NCBI GenBank assembly: GCA_045649665.1
Contig: JAZRQK010000046.1
Location: 10,730-74,729, forward strand
Source of the DNA: Faecousia sp.
Lineage (GTDB): Bacteria > Bacillota > Clostridia > Oscillospirales > Oscillospiraceae
DNA length: 64,000 nt
Direction: 5' to 3'
Below are positions 8,943 through 18,730 of the stretch, one piece after another (positions within the stretch are counted from its first letter, which is position 1; every line of letters starts with the position of its first letter). The translations under genes were made by a program, and so were the position numbers. Below the pieces are notes generated by a model that worked only from the letters and a program-made list of their open reading frames with translations, was not told the origin of the DNA and did no database searches.

Positions 8943-9083
8943 TATCGATAAAAATGCAGATATTTGTTTTTTTAGTGTATTTAATTGCTATTTTGTTGAC
9001 AAAGTTTACTCATAATGATATAAATGAATTAACCAAATTGAATTTGGCCGGCATGTTTGCCGGATATTGAGGTGGTATGACCT

Positions 9084-9932
9084 ATGAATATGAACCCTGT
9101 TGTAATCAGTGCCGCTCTCACCGGCGCCGGACATCTTGACCCGATCGACAGCAAGATCGCCCGCCCCATCACACCGGAACAGATCGCCGCAGATGTGGTC
9201 GCATGCGCCAAAGCCGGCGCCGCCATCTGCCATATCCACACCCGGGACAAAAACGGCGCTGGCACTATGGATCTGGAACGCACCACCCAGGTGTGGGACG
9301 CAATTCAGGCTGCCATTAAGGAAGCCGATATCGATGTGATCATCAATCTGACCACCTCCGGTGGCAGCAACGATGACGAGCTGCGTGTTGCCCATCTGAA
9401 AGCGCTGCGCCCGGAGATGTGCTCTTACGACGCCGGTACCATTAACTGGACCAGCACCGGCATTTTTATGAACTCCCCCACCTTCCTGACCAAGCTGGGT
9501 CAGGTCACCGTGGAATACGGCGTAAAGCCGGAGATCGAGATTTTCGACACCCACATGATCAAGACTGCGCTGCGGTATCAGGAGCAAGGCATTCTGGCTG
9601 CGCCCCTGCATTTCCAGTTTGTCATGGGTACATACGGCGGCATGGATGCCACTATGGACAATCTGGTCTATCTGAAAAACATGCTCCCCGCCGGCAGCAC
9701 CTACAGTGTCACCGGCATCGGCGCAGGCTCTGTACCCATGCTCATGGGCGCACTGGCCATGGGCGCAGACGGTATCCGTGTGGGTCTGGAAGATAATGTA
9801 TACATGAGCCGTGGCGTATATGCCACCAATGTTTCTCAAGTAGAGCGAGCTGTAAAGCTGGTAGAACTGGCAAACCGCAAGGTTGCTACCGCTGCCGAGG
9901 CTCGTGAACTTCTGCATTTCCCCAAGCGGTAA
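9084..9932 (+). CDS. Beta-keto acid cleavage enzyme (BKACE/DUF849, Kce family)
   Basis: AALTGA, PITPEQIA, AGAAICHIHTRD, TTSGG, PEIEIFD, RVGLEDN. Confidence 0.92.
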   Translation: MNMNPVVISAALTGAGHLDPIDSKIARPITPEQIAADVVACAKAGAAICHIHTRDKNGAGTMDLERTTQVWDAIQAAIKEADIDVIINLTTSGGSNDDELRVAHLKALRPEMCSYDAGTINWTSTGIFMNSPTFLTKLGQVTVEYGVKPEIEIFDTHMIKTALRYQEQGILAAPLHFQFVMGTYGGMDATMDNLVYLKNMLPAGSTYSVTGIGAGSVPMLMGALAMGADGIRVGLEDNVYMSRGVYATNVSQVERAVKLVELANRKVATAAEARELLHFPKR

Positions 9933-9945
9933 AGAAGGTGTTACT

Positions 9946-10947
9946 TTGAAAAGAATCGCCATTCTCGGCTGCGGTGCCATGGGCACTGTCATCGGCGCTT
10001 ACTTAGCGAAAAGCGGTTTGTTGGTAGATATGATCGACACCAACCAAGAACATGTGGACGCACTGAACAACACCGGCGCCCATATTCTTGGCACAGAGGA
10101 ATTTACCGCCCAAGTCCGTTGTATTCAGCCCTGCCAAATGACCGGCATTTATGACCTTGTGTTTCTTATGACCAAGCAGACCGTCAACCATATTGTGCTG
10201 ACCAATCTGGTGCAGCACTTAGGAACGGACAGCGTGGTATGCACCCTGCAAAACGGCGTGCCTGAGCCGTTTGTTGCAAACTATGTAGGCGCAGACCGGA
10301 CAGTGGGCGGTGTGATTCACTGGGGCGCAACCTTCCAAGGACCGGGTGTATCCAAGATCACCACGGATATTCAGGCAAAGAACAAAAACGGTGTTCCGCT
10401 GTTCTCCGTAGGCGAGACCGACGGTTCTATTACCCCACGCATCCATGCCATCGCTGATATTTTGCGCCGTATGGGCAATGTAGAGGTCACTGACCGGCTG
10501 ATGACCACCCGGTGGAGTAAGCTGGCATATAACTGCAGCGGCAGCGGTGTATCCGCCGCCTGCGGCTGTCCGTACAGCGGTGTAATGGGCAACCCGAAAG
10601 GTCTTGTCTGCGCCACCAAAGTGGCCAGAGAAGTTTATCTGTGTGCCAATGCAGCCGGCATCCCGCTGGAAGGCTACCTGCAGGATGCTTTGCCGGAGCA
10701 AGATAAATGCGCAGAACTGTTTTTGCACGTTTACGGTCAGGACTGGAACGGAAAACCCAGCATGCTGCAAGATTTGGAGGCCGGTCGAAAAACCGAGGTG
10801 GATATGCTCAACGGCTATGTCTGCCAGATCGGCGATCAATACGGCATCGACACACCATACAACGATATGGTGGTTAACATCATTCATCAGATAGAGGCTG
10901 GCGCACGGCCCCTGTCTTTTGATAACCTTTATTCGTTCCCTGAATAA
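9946..10947 (+). CDS. Ketopantoate reductase (PanE/ApbA) family oxidoreductase
   Basis: ILGCGAMG, TKQ, TLQNG, WSKL..N, SMLQDLEAGRKTEVDMLNG; TTG start after gaaggtg. Confidence 0.88.
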   Translation: MKRIAILGCGAMGTVIGAYLAKSGLLVDMIDTNQEHVDALNNTGAHILGTEEFTAQVRCIQPCQMTGIYDLVFLMTKQTVNHIVLTNLVQHLGTDSVVCTLQNGVPEPFVANYVGADRTVGGVIHWGATFQGPGVSKITTDIQAKNKNGVPLFSVGETDGSITPRIHAIADILRRMGNVEVTDRLMTTRWSKLAYNCSGSGVSAACGCPYSGVMGNPKGLVCATKVAREVYLCANAAGIPLEGYLQDALPEQDKCAELFLHVYGQDWNGKPSMLQDLEAGRKTEVDMLNGYVCQIGDQYGIDTPYNDMVVNIIHQIEAGARPLSFDNLYSFPE

Positions 10948-10990
10948 AGGAACCCTGCCACAGACATTTGTCCGTGGCAGGGTTTTCTTT
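10947..10990. terminator. Bidirectional terminator
   Basis: aaccctgccac...gtggcagggtt between convergent genes. Confidence 0.75.
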
Positions 10991-11705
10991 ATTGTTCTGA
11001 TTTCCAAGCGTGGATATATTCCCAAACATCCCGGCAAACTTCCGGTCTTTGGGTGCTGCCGGACAGCGCAAAATAGACTCTGCCGTCCTCGCTGTTTGCC
11101 TGCATGGTGTCCTTTACGAAGTCCAGATCCGTAACATCCACCGCCACGACCCAGGCTTCCTCCTCGTCCTCCTGACGAGCAGTGATCACCCGGTCGCCCA
11201 AGGCGGTCAGCTCCTCCTCGGTAAAAAATTCACGCAGATCCATGTACACATTCTGCACAATGTAATACTCCATGGCAAACTTATCCAGGAACATATAATC
11301 CAGCATGCCGCCTTCTACCCGTGCCACCAGAATGGTCATGGCGCTGTAGTTATCCTCGCTGCTGGTGGGATCTTCCAGAGAGGTAAAATTGGAATAGTTC
11401 AGTTCTGCAAACTGCTTGCCTTCCTCACCCTCCAGCCGCTGGAGATAGTCCTGGGTCAGATAATTGATGCCGTCGTTATCCATCGCCACATTGACGATCA
11501 TACCGCTGACAAGAACTTCCTTTGCCTGAGCTGTGAGCATAGTCACCGCACCGCCCAGCATCAGCACCAAAAACAGTCCGATCCACAGATATTCTTTATA
11601 ATATGTCCAAAGGTGATCCAGCTTTTGGCTGAAGGTCATGGGACGCATGTCCTCCGCCAGCTTGCGAAAACCAGCGATCAATTTGCTATCTTTCAGTTTT
11701 TGCAT
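10989..11705 (-). CDS. Membrane-anchored hypothetical protein, possibly a truncated solute-binding-like fold
   Basis: KLDHLWTYYK followed by one TM helix and an acidic extracellular domain; adjacent to a DUF624 gene. Confidence 0.6.
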   Translation of the reverse strand: MQKLKDSKLIAGFRKLAEDMRPMTFSQKLDHLWTYYKEYLWIGLFLVLMLGGAVTMLTAQAKEVLVSGMIVNVAMDNDGINYLTQDYLQRLEGEEGKQFAELNYSNFTSLEDPTSSEDNYSAMTILVARVEGGMLDYMFLDKFAMEYYIVQNVYMDLREFFTEEELTALGDRVITARQEDEEEAWVVAVDVTDLDFVKDTMQANSEDGRVYFALSGSTQRPEVCRDVWEYIHAWKSEQ

Positions 11706-11707
11706 TT

Positions 11708-12517
11708 TCAGGCTTCCTCATATTCCTCGTCGTCCTCATCGGCAGCAGCCGGTCTGCCCTCCTCGGAAAGCAGCGTACCCTCTGCCCGGGCATCCACCAG
11801 ATAATCGATCAATGTTTCCTTCAGTATCATGGTGATGATCAGCGCCGCCAAGGTGAAGTAGAAACCCAGGAAAATCAGCACGATCATAATGAAAATATCC
11901 GCAAACAAGACAGCCAGCACCACCGGCGCAGCAAACAAGACCGCCGCCGCCAGCAGCTGCATAGGCGCTTTGAATATCATATCCACAGCGCTGCGGATCC
12001 ACAGGGCGATCTTGGTGGGAATATAAACATTGAGCATCATAAGGCTCACCGTGAGCATATTCACCAGCGTATACATCAATCCTGCCGCCACCAACGGCGC
12101 AATATACGCAGTTACCAAGCCGCCGGCTTCGTCAAACAAATTGACCACATAGTGGTTTATGTCGATCAAGAAATATGCCTGCGCCACCAGCAACAAGCAC
12201 CATGCCACCAAGCTACGAAAAAAACGCTTCCTCAGGCCGTCTTTAAAGCCTTGAAACCAGCTGTCGCCACGGATATTATACCGAATGGCGCTGACCAGCG
12301 CGCACCATGCAGGACCTACGAATACCACCGGAACGGCGCTGGCCACCAAGCCGATGATACCGCCGGTGGTACCCAGCAATTCCAGAGAACGTAAAATAAT
12401 CACCGTAATCACAAAGGGTATGCACGGGAGCAGGAACAGCAGGTTCATGAGCACTGTTGTGCCTGCCAGATTGATAATTCTTCCAATTTTGTCTATCAAC
12501 GTTTCTTTTTCGTTCAC
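11708..12517 (-). CDS. YesL/DUF624-family membrane protein
   Basis: MNLLFLL.CIP...GPAWCAL..., FKDG; multiple TM helices. Confidence 0.7.
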   Translation of the reverse strand: MNEKETLIDKIGRIINLAGTTVLMNLLFLLPCIPFVITVIILRSLELLGTTGGIIGLVASAVPVVFVGPAWCALVSAIRYNIRGDSWFQGFKDGLRKRFFRSLVAWCLLLVAQAYFLIDINHYVVNLFDEAGGLVTAYIAPLVAAGLMYTLVNMLTVSLMMLNVYIPTKIALWIRSAVDMIFKAPMQLLAAAVLFAAPVVLAVLFADIFIMIVLIFLGFYFTLAALIITMILKETLIDYLVDARAEGTLLSEEGRPAAADEDDEEYEEA

Positions 12518-12733
12518 GATTCTTTACCTCGCAGTATATAACATATCACTATAAATTATAGTAATTATTTTGGATAATTTCAAACCTTTTTGTGAACGAT
12601 TTGAAAATTCTACATAATTACCAACTTTTCTCCGTATTTTTGGCTATACTGGACAGCTTGTTTACAGATTATTCTTGCATTTGCGCCACTTTTCGCTTAA
12701 ACTATATGTATTGTCAATGAGGGAGTGTATCAA

Positions 12734-13408
12734 ATGAGCAATTTCTTTTCTTATGAATCCAAGCCTATGCAGATACTGATGCTGGTAGGCGATCTGATTA
12801 TTCTGAACATCGTATATCTGCTGTGCTGCCTGCCCATCTTTACCATGGGCGCTGCCCAGGCAGGTATGTACACCGCCGCCAAAGTCATGCTGGACAAAGA
12901 GGACGACAGTTCTCTCACCGCCGCCTTTTTCAGAGGCTTCAAAAGCGGTTTCGGCTCTGTGACTCTGGCATGGGGCATCGTTACGCTGATCCTGGCTTTC
13001 GTGGCATTTACCGGCTATAACGCCCTGTACTACGGCGGTTCTATCTGGATCGTGGGCATTGGCTTTTTGATCTGCGCATGGTTTCAATGCACCATCCCCG
13101 TATTCCATTCCCGATTCGGCTGCACCGCTATGCAGCTGTTCCGCAATGCGGCGCTGCTGATCTTTGCCCACCCCCTGCGCACCTTGGGCATCTGCATACT
13201 GATGTGGGCGCCTATTGTACTGCTTCTGCTGCTGCCGGGTTACTTCATGCTGCTCACACCTATCTGGATCATGCTGTACTATAGTACTGCTATGGTTTTC
13301 GGATACACCTTTATGAAAAAGCCCTTCCAGACCCTGATCGACCACTTCAACGAAACCCACCCGGAAAACGCGGAGGCGGAAACCGAAGCCCCTGCCCTGC
13401 CGGAATAA
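12734..13408 (+). CDS. YesL/DUF624-family membrane protein
   Basis: DLIILNIVYLLCCLPIFTMGAA...FFRGFKSGF; RBS gagggag. Confidence 0.85.
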   Translation: MSNFFSYESKPMQILMLVGDLIILNIVYLLCCLPIFTMGAAQAGMYTAAKVMLDKEDDSSLTAAFFRGFKSGFGSVTLAWGIVTLILAFVAFTGYNALYYGGSIWIVGIGFLICAWFQCTIPVFHSRFGCTAMQLFRNAALLIFAHPLRTLGICILMWAPIVLLLLLPGYFMLLTPIWIMLYYSTAMVFGYTFMKKPFQTLIDHFNETHPENAEAETEAPALPE

Positions 13409-13411
13409 ATC

Positions 13412-13440
13412 AAAAACGCTGTCCGTCGGACAGCGTTTTT
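13412..13440. terminator. Bidirectional terminator
   Basis: aaaaacgctgtccg/cggacagcgttttt. Confidence 0.8.
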
Positions 13441-13444
13441 TCTT

Positions 13445-14569
13445 TTAATCCAATTCCAGTTCCTGCAGCATCCAGCGCACAGAACGCACTTGCTGCTCAT
13501 CGGTGGTATCTAACTCCCGCACTGCGCCTTTGAGCTTGTTGCCGGTAATCAACTGTACCCAACGCACCACCCAAAAAACCGGCAGCAGCACTGCCCATTT
13601 TTTCAGCACCGGGTATTTCAAACGCATTCTGCTGTAGGGCATAAAAATACGGTACAGCAAGAAGCCGGCTTTCCCGGCTGTCTTTCCCTTGTGGACTTTT
13701 ACCTGATTGTCACGGCTGCCCAAAGCGCCGCCATCCAGCACAAAACGCTCCATTTCCAGCAGCAAAGGATCTGCCGCACCGCCTGCCAGCCACATCCGCG
13801 CCAGCTTTTCCGCATTGGCGCTAAACGGCAGCAAGCCGCCCTTGTGCAGCAGATCCTCCCGCTCCGGAGAATCCGTACACAACAGCCACGTGTCCACAAA
13901 GAACCGAATCCCACATCCGCCTTCGGCAAAATGCTTTGCCATGTGGGCAATATGGTAAAAATATGCAACGGCATCGTCCATGACATAATGCGTCGATCCC
14001 GGCGATACAGGAGTTGAACGCTCCCACACATGCTCCAGCACCGCATTTACCTGCTTGTCGGTTTCGATCAAGGTAAAATGCAGTTCCAGCCAGATGCCGC
14101 CGGGCGTGCGCAGCTGCACATCGTGAGAGCCTCTGCCCTGCTTGGTATAGCCGTTTGCCGTCAGCACCTGCTCTGCCCGCTCCACATCACGCACCAAAAT
14201 GTCAATGTCACAACTGGTGCGCATCCATGGGTCGGGGTAAAGCTTGCGGATCACCGCTCCCTTCAGCGGAATAAAATCGATCTGATTCTCCTCCAAGAGC
14301 TTAACGGTTTTCTGCAGGTCGTAGTTTAACTGCTCATACCGCATAGATGCAGAAAACAGCAGCTGTTGGCACTTGCCAGCCATATCCGGTGGCAATACAC
14401 CCAGCTGATACAGCGCATTAGCCGCCATAGGCACCACATCGTGCTTTTGCGCCAGGGTCAGCACCTGCTCCAGCCGCTGGGAAGTCAGTTCTGTCAGCAT
14501 CTCTGCTGCCGGCTCAATGCCGGTAATGGAATATTTAATTAAGGCGATCAGCAAAGACACTTGGTTCAT
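13445..14569 (-). CDS. Uncharacterised nucleotidyltransferase (NTP_transf_5-like)
   Basis: IPLKG...LYP...R.SCDIDILV, ELH, HMAKHF..GGCGIRFFVD. Confidence 0.85.
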   Translation of the reverse strand: MNQVSLLIALIKYSITGIEPAAEMLTELTSQRLEQVLTLAQKHDVVPMAANALYQLGVLPPDMAGKCQQLLFSASMRYEQLNYDLQKTVKLLEENQIDFIPLKGAVIRKLYPDPWMRTSCDIDILVRDVERAEQVLTANGYTKQGRGSHDVQLRTPGGIWLELHFTLIETDKQVNAVLEHVWERSTPVSPGSTHYVMDDAVAYFYHIAHMAKHFAEGGCGIRFFVDTWLLCTDSPEREDLLHKGGLLPFSANAEKLARMWLAGGAADPLLLEMERFVLDGGALGSRDNQVKVHKGKTAGKAGFLLYRIFMPYSRMRLKYPVLKKWAVLLPVFWVVRWVQLITGNKLKGAVRELDTTDEQQVRSVRWMLQELELD

Positions 14570-14589
14570 CAGCCTTAACTCCTTCAGTT

Positions 14590-15012
14590 TTACAGTTTTT
14601 TCTTGATCAGCTCCGTCAGCTGTGTGCTGGAAATACCGTCGGTATGGGGCAGGTACACAATCTCCACGCCCAGGGGAGCAAACTGCTTTTCAAACGCCTC
14701 CCACTGGGGCGTTCCCTGCCAGTCTGAGCCTACAAACATCTTGTTAAAGCGGTATTTCTCCCAAGCGGCAAACTTATTCTTGTCCGGCTGCGGCACTACT
14801 TCGTCCACATATTTGATAGCGCTAACGATCTGCGCCCGTTCCGAATAAGGGATCACCGGGGTCTTATTTTTTTCTTTTTCCACCAATTCATCCGTGCTGA
14901 CACCCACGATCAGATAATCGCACTGTTCCTTTGCGCGTCTGATCACATTTAAATGGCCGATATGGAACATATCGTACACACCGGTGGTATAGCCGATAAT
15001 TTTCTTATCCAT
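14590..15012 (-). CDS. tagD: Glycerol-3-phosphate (polyol-phosphate) cytidylyltransferase, TagD-like
   Basis: GYTTGVYDMFHIGHLN, GVSTD, VGSDW, HTDGISST. Confidence 0.85.
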   Translation of the reverse strand: MDKKIIGYTTGVYDMFHIGHLNVIRRAKEQCDYLIVGVSTDELVEKEKNKTPVIPYSERAQIVSAIKYVDEVVPQPDKNKFAAWEKYRFNKMFVGSDWQGTPQWEAFEKQFAPLGVEIVYLPHTDGISSTQLTELIKKKL

Positions 15013-16486
15013 TTTTATGTCCCTTCCTACGCAGGATACCATAAATCAGCGACTTGAAATCCTGCAAGTATTGCAAAATATATACGGCAAATGCCCCGGC
15101 AACCAAAAGCAGCCGCAAAGCCAGGCTAAGGGGCAAGGAAATATATTCTCCCACGCCTTTTGCAAAAACCATACTAATGCCAGCAAAAGCAATCGCCGCC
15201 ATTAAAAACAAGATCATCCGCTTTAGGCCGAAATCTACTTTTTCCGCATAATTGCTCAACACCACAGCAATGGCAGACAAAACAATTTTTGCCGCCAACT
15301 GTGCCAAAGCAATTCCATACACGCCCAGAGGCTTGATCAGGAGCAACGACACTACCACATTGGTAATCAATCCGCAAATAGAGCAGACCGCAGTGTATTT
15401 ACTGATACGAATATTGTACATCAGCGTCTGTACATGGGTGTAGTAAATAAAGGTGACCAGCTGCACAAGGACAAACAACGGCATAATAAGCCATGCCTCA
15501 AAATACGCCTTACTTGCCAGCAGCCAGACGATCTCCCGGCTGAACACACAAACGCATACCGCAATAAAGCAGAACAGCGCCATGATCATTTCTGTCATAT
15601 ACTTGATCTGCTTGCGACCCTCAGCACCTTGTCCCATCTGCTCCACAAACCACGGGCGGAATGCCAGATTGATGGAGGACTGCACCAGATTTACCATAGA
15701 GGCAAATTGGGACGCCACAGAGTAAATGCCGGTCATGGCATAGCTCAAGAAGTTATTGATAATGATTTTATTGGCATAGATGTTCACATCATTTGCCAAA
15801 TTATGTGGCAGAATCGGCAGAGAATATTGGATGCTCTTGACAAACATACCTTTATCAAAAGAGAATACCAGATATTTCCGTCTGAACATATCCGTCAGAC
15901 CATAGACCGCAAAGCCAGCATTGGTGATCAGATTGGCTAAAATTACACCCAGCACCGACAGCTTAAGTCCCACCACCAACAAAATGGTGGCGCAGGCATT
16001 GATGGTTAAATATAAAAAGCTGTTCAAAGAATATCTGCCGCCGGACTGCTCCGCCTGCAGAACACTTTGGTAAGTCAGATACACACCCTCTGTGCCCAAG
16101 GAAATAATACCAATCAATACATAGGGAAAAAACGGAATATCCTTAAAGAAAATGTCCGCATACAGCCCTCGGAGCAGGCACATCAATGTGCAAAGGATCA
16201 GAGAATTAACCAGTACGGTAATGGTGATCGTGCCAATAAAGACCCGTCTCTTCTCCTGATCGTAATCGTTGAAAAAACGCATGATGGCCGCCCGCAGCGA
16301 CAGCATCATCACAATACCAAATGTTCCCACAAATGTGGTAATGGTCGTTGCCATGCCGTACTCTGCGCTGGTCAGATTGTAAGTATAGATCGGAATTAAA
16401 AGGAACGCTACCGCTTTGGATGCTACCGTTCCTATGGTATACAGAAGAGAATTATTAAATATCTTCTGGGAACTGCTGTTGATCAT
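15005..16486 (-). CDS. wzx: Polysaccharide flippase (Wzx)
   Basis: NSLLYTIG...FLLIPIYT..L...EYG; YSLPILPH; GIYSVA; many TM helices. Confidence 0.88.
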   Translation of the reverse strand: MINSSSQKIFNNSLLYTIGTVASKAVAFLLIPIYTYNLTSAEYGMATTITTFVGTFGIVMMLSLRAAIMRFFNDYDQEKRRVFIGTITITVLVNSLILCTLMCLLRGLYADIFFKDIPFFPYVLIGIISLGTEGVYLTYQSVLQAEQSGGRYSLNSFLYLTINACATILLVVGLKLSVLGVILANLITNAGFAVYGLTDMFRRKYLVFSFDKGMFVKSIQYSLPILPHNLANDVNIYANKIIINNFLSYAMTGIYSVASQFASMVNLVQSSINLAFRPWFVEQMGQGAEGRKQIKYMTEMIMALFCFIAVCVCVFSREIVWLLASKAYFEAWLIMPLFVLVQLVTFIYYTHVQTLMYNIRISKYTAVCSICGLITNVVVSLLLIKPLGVYGIALAQLAAKIVLSAIAVVLSNYAEKVDFGLKRMILFLMAAIAFAGISMVFAKGVGEYISLPLSLALRLLLVAGAFAVYILQYLQDFKSLIYGILRRKGHKNG

Positions 16487-16487
16487 T

Positions 16488-17333
16488 TTACTCCTCCGGG
16501 GAATAATACTTGCCGTAATCTACAGACTCCAAGCTGTTAATTTCAAAATACCGCTCGCTTTCCGGCGGGATTTTCATATAGTCACGATATAACTGCGTCA
16601 GATATTCATGGGGCATAGCAGGAGCATAATACGCTTTTCCCTCAAACAGCATTTCCTGCGGCTGGCCGTAAAATGCCACAGGCATCAGCTGCTTCTTATA
16701 GGAATAATGGCTTGCCATAGAAACCAGATACTGACGCTCGCCGTTATTGTACCGCTGCATTTCTCTGGAAACGATTTTCTGCAAACTGCGGAAGGAAACC
16801 GGCAGCAGAAATACCGACAGCACTCTTTTAAGGAAAAACCGGAATGCGCCGGCGCCATAGTCTCTGCATTTTTTCGCCTGCAGCATCGCCGACCAAAAAC
16901 GGATACGTTTTTGCTGCTTTTGCTGCTTTCGGGGATCGTTAGGCGCATAATCCAAGGGGAAAATATCCAGATAAATGCCATTTTCCTGCAAAGGATACCG
17001 CTCTTTTTCATCATTTTTCAGCTTCACTGCTGTATCCTTCAGGCGAATAATGGCATGGCATACCGCATGATTCTTTTCTGTGGAATAATCCTGATAGAAA
17101 AAGGTATCATCCTCTTTGGCAGCAAAATATGCTTTAAGCGTCTCATAATCCTCCCGGATCATGGCAATATCAATATCAAAATCCCACGGGATAAAGCCAC
17201 TGTGGCGCACTGCGCCCAACAAAGTGCCGCCAATCAGATAATAGTGAATATTTAATTCCTTGCAAATACGATCCACTTCATTCAGCAATATCAATTCCGT
17301 CAACTGAAGCGGTCTGACTTCCTCAGGTTTCAT
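16488..17333 (-). CDS. licD: LicD-family phosphotransferase
   Basis: GGTLLGAVRHSGFIPWDFDIDIAM.REDY, LDIFPLD, YLTQLY.DYM..PP. Confidence 0.92.
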   Translation of the reverse strand: MKPEEVRPLQLTELILLNEVDRICKELNIHYYLIGGTLLGAVRHSGFIPWDFDIDIAMIREDYETLKAYFAAKEDDTFFYQDYSTEKNHAVCHAIIRLKDTAVKLKNDEKERYPLQENGIYLDIFPLDYAPNDPRKQQKQQKRIRFWSAMLQAKKCRDYGAGAFRFFLKRVLSVFLLPVSFRSLQKIVSREMQRYNNGERQYLVSMASHYSYKKQLMPVAFYGQPQEMLFEGKAYYAPAMPHEYLTQLYRDYMKIPPESERYFEINSLESVDYGKYYSPEE

Positions 17334-18694
17334 TATGCGCCCTCCTTTTGAATACTTGGCAAATCATTGTCCGGCAACCACTGAATCAAGGCTACCGCAA
17401 TCACAAAGGGGAACATACCGGCGGACAGACAGCTCAAATCCGCAAAATTTATCAACATAATCAATATTGGCAGCAATTTTGCTACTGATAATTTGCGAAT
17501 ATTTCTCGACAGACGATAAGCCTTAATCCACAAATACATCACAAACAGAAATACGGCAACGCCAACCAAGCCCCAGGCAAGCACCAGGTCCATATAGGTA
17601 TTATGAGCGCCATGGGTAATTGAGGGGCTCAACTGACCCAGATTTTCGTGGTAGTTAAAACCATAACCGAATAGCAAGCAGACAATATCCGTACCCAATA
17701 TTCGCACATACTCTGCAAAGATCTCAGATCTGCCGGAAGTCAGCTGATTCAAATCCCAACTGGTATGCGTACCAAAACCTGCACGGCGAATAAAATTGTC
17801 GATAAACACCTTGATATAGTCTTTGGCGGCGATTGCCAAAGCCGCTATGCCGGCAGTGCCCCACAGCAGGAATCTGCGATTGCCCCGATTCTCTTTGCTG
17901 CGATTAAATATCTGCACAAACAGCAAAACATAGTTAAACGCCATTAAAAGCAAACACATTTTGGACGCTGTCAGCAAACCGATACCCGTCAGCAGCGCCA
18001 GTACCACAAACTTATAAATATTATATCCTCTGACATTCAGCACGCTGGCCATCATCAGGCAGATATACAGCGAATAGTAGTTGGGGTCGTTGGCATAGGC
18101 TTCAAATCGCATATTACGATCCAGATTATCTATGATATTTGCGATGGTATTCTGACCGGAGCCCAGATAAATTGCCGCAGACAGAATAACACCCGTTGTA
18201 AAGGCACTGAAAATATCATTCTTGTTCAGCTTTACCCGGGAATCATTAGTCACCAACATGCACAGAGCGAAGTTCAGCGTCCAACCTGCCAGGCTGACAA
18301 AGTTTGCCATATCCTCCAATACGGCATCGTGGACAAGCTCCACCATAAACAGCAAAATACTGCCTGCCAGTGCCACCACTGGCAATTTGGTTGTGCCCTG
18401 CCGGAACAAATACACCAAAATAGGCAGCGCCATCAGAATGTTGACGATAAACTCTGCGCCCAAATCGTCCAGCAGACGAATATTGGGGATCAGCACCAGC
18501 GACCAACAGAACGCATCCGGTGTATCCGAACGGAACATGGTGATCACGATAAATGCCGCCAATGCCAGCAGCGGCAATTTGCCGTACAGTGCGCCTGCCG
18601 TGCCCAGCACCGCAAAGATCAGAACGGAAAACCATTCCCGGGCAAGGAATATTCTGTTTTCATTTTTACTAAAAGGCTTCAGCCGGAGTACCAA
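17333..18694 (-). CDS. Wzy-like polymerase / O-antigen ligase family protein
   Basis: DPNYY, LTASK, TSGR, LFGYG, AHNTY...GLVG; polytopic membrane protein. Confidence 0.8.
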   Translation of the reverse strand: MVLRLKPFSKNENRIFLAREWFSVLIFAVLGTAGALYGKLPLLALAAFIVITMFRSDTPDAFCWSLVLIPNIRLLDDLGAEFIVNILMALPILVYLFRQGTTKLPVVALAGSILLFMVELVHDAVLEDMANFVSLAGWTLNFALCMLVTNDSRVKLNKNDIFSAFTTGVILSAAIYLGSGQNTIANIIDNLDRNMRFEAYANDPNYYSLYICLMMASVLNVRGYNIYKFVVLALLTGIGLLTASKMCLLLMAFNYVLLFVQIFNRSKENRGNRRFLLWGTAGIAALAIAAKDYIKVFIDNFIRRAGFGTHTSWDLNQLTSGRSEIFAEYVRILGTDIVCLLFGYGFNYHENLGQLSPSITHGAHNTYMDLVLAWGLVGVAVFLFVMYLWIKAYRLSRNIRKLSVAKLLPILIMLINFADLSCLSAGMFPFVIAVALIQWLPDNDLPSIQKEGA

Positions 18695-18730
18695 GAGTAC
18701 CCACTCCTTCCGCTAGGTAAATTTATGCAA

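Noticed and set aside
13445-14569. Lasso-peptide cluster suggested by the NTP_transf_5 gene
   Set aside because: No lasso cyclase, B-protein, PqqD-like gene or precursor is present
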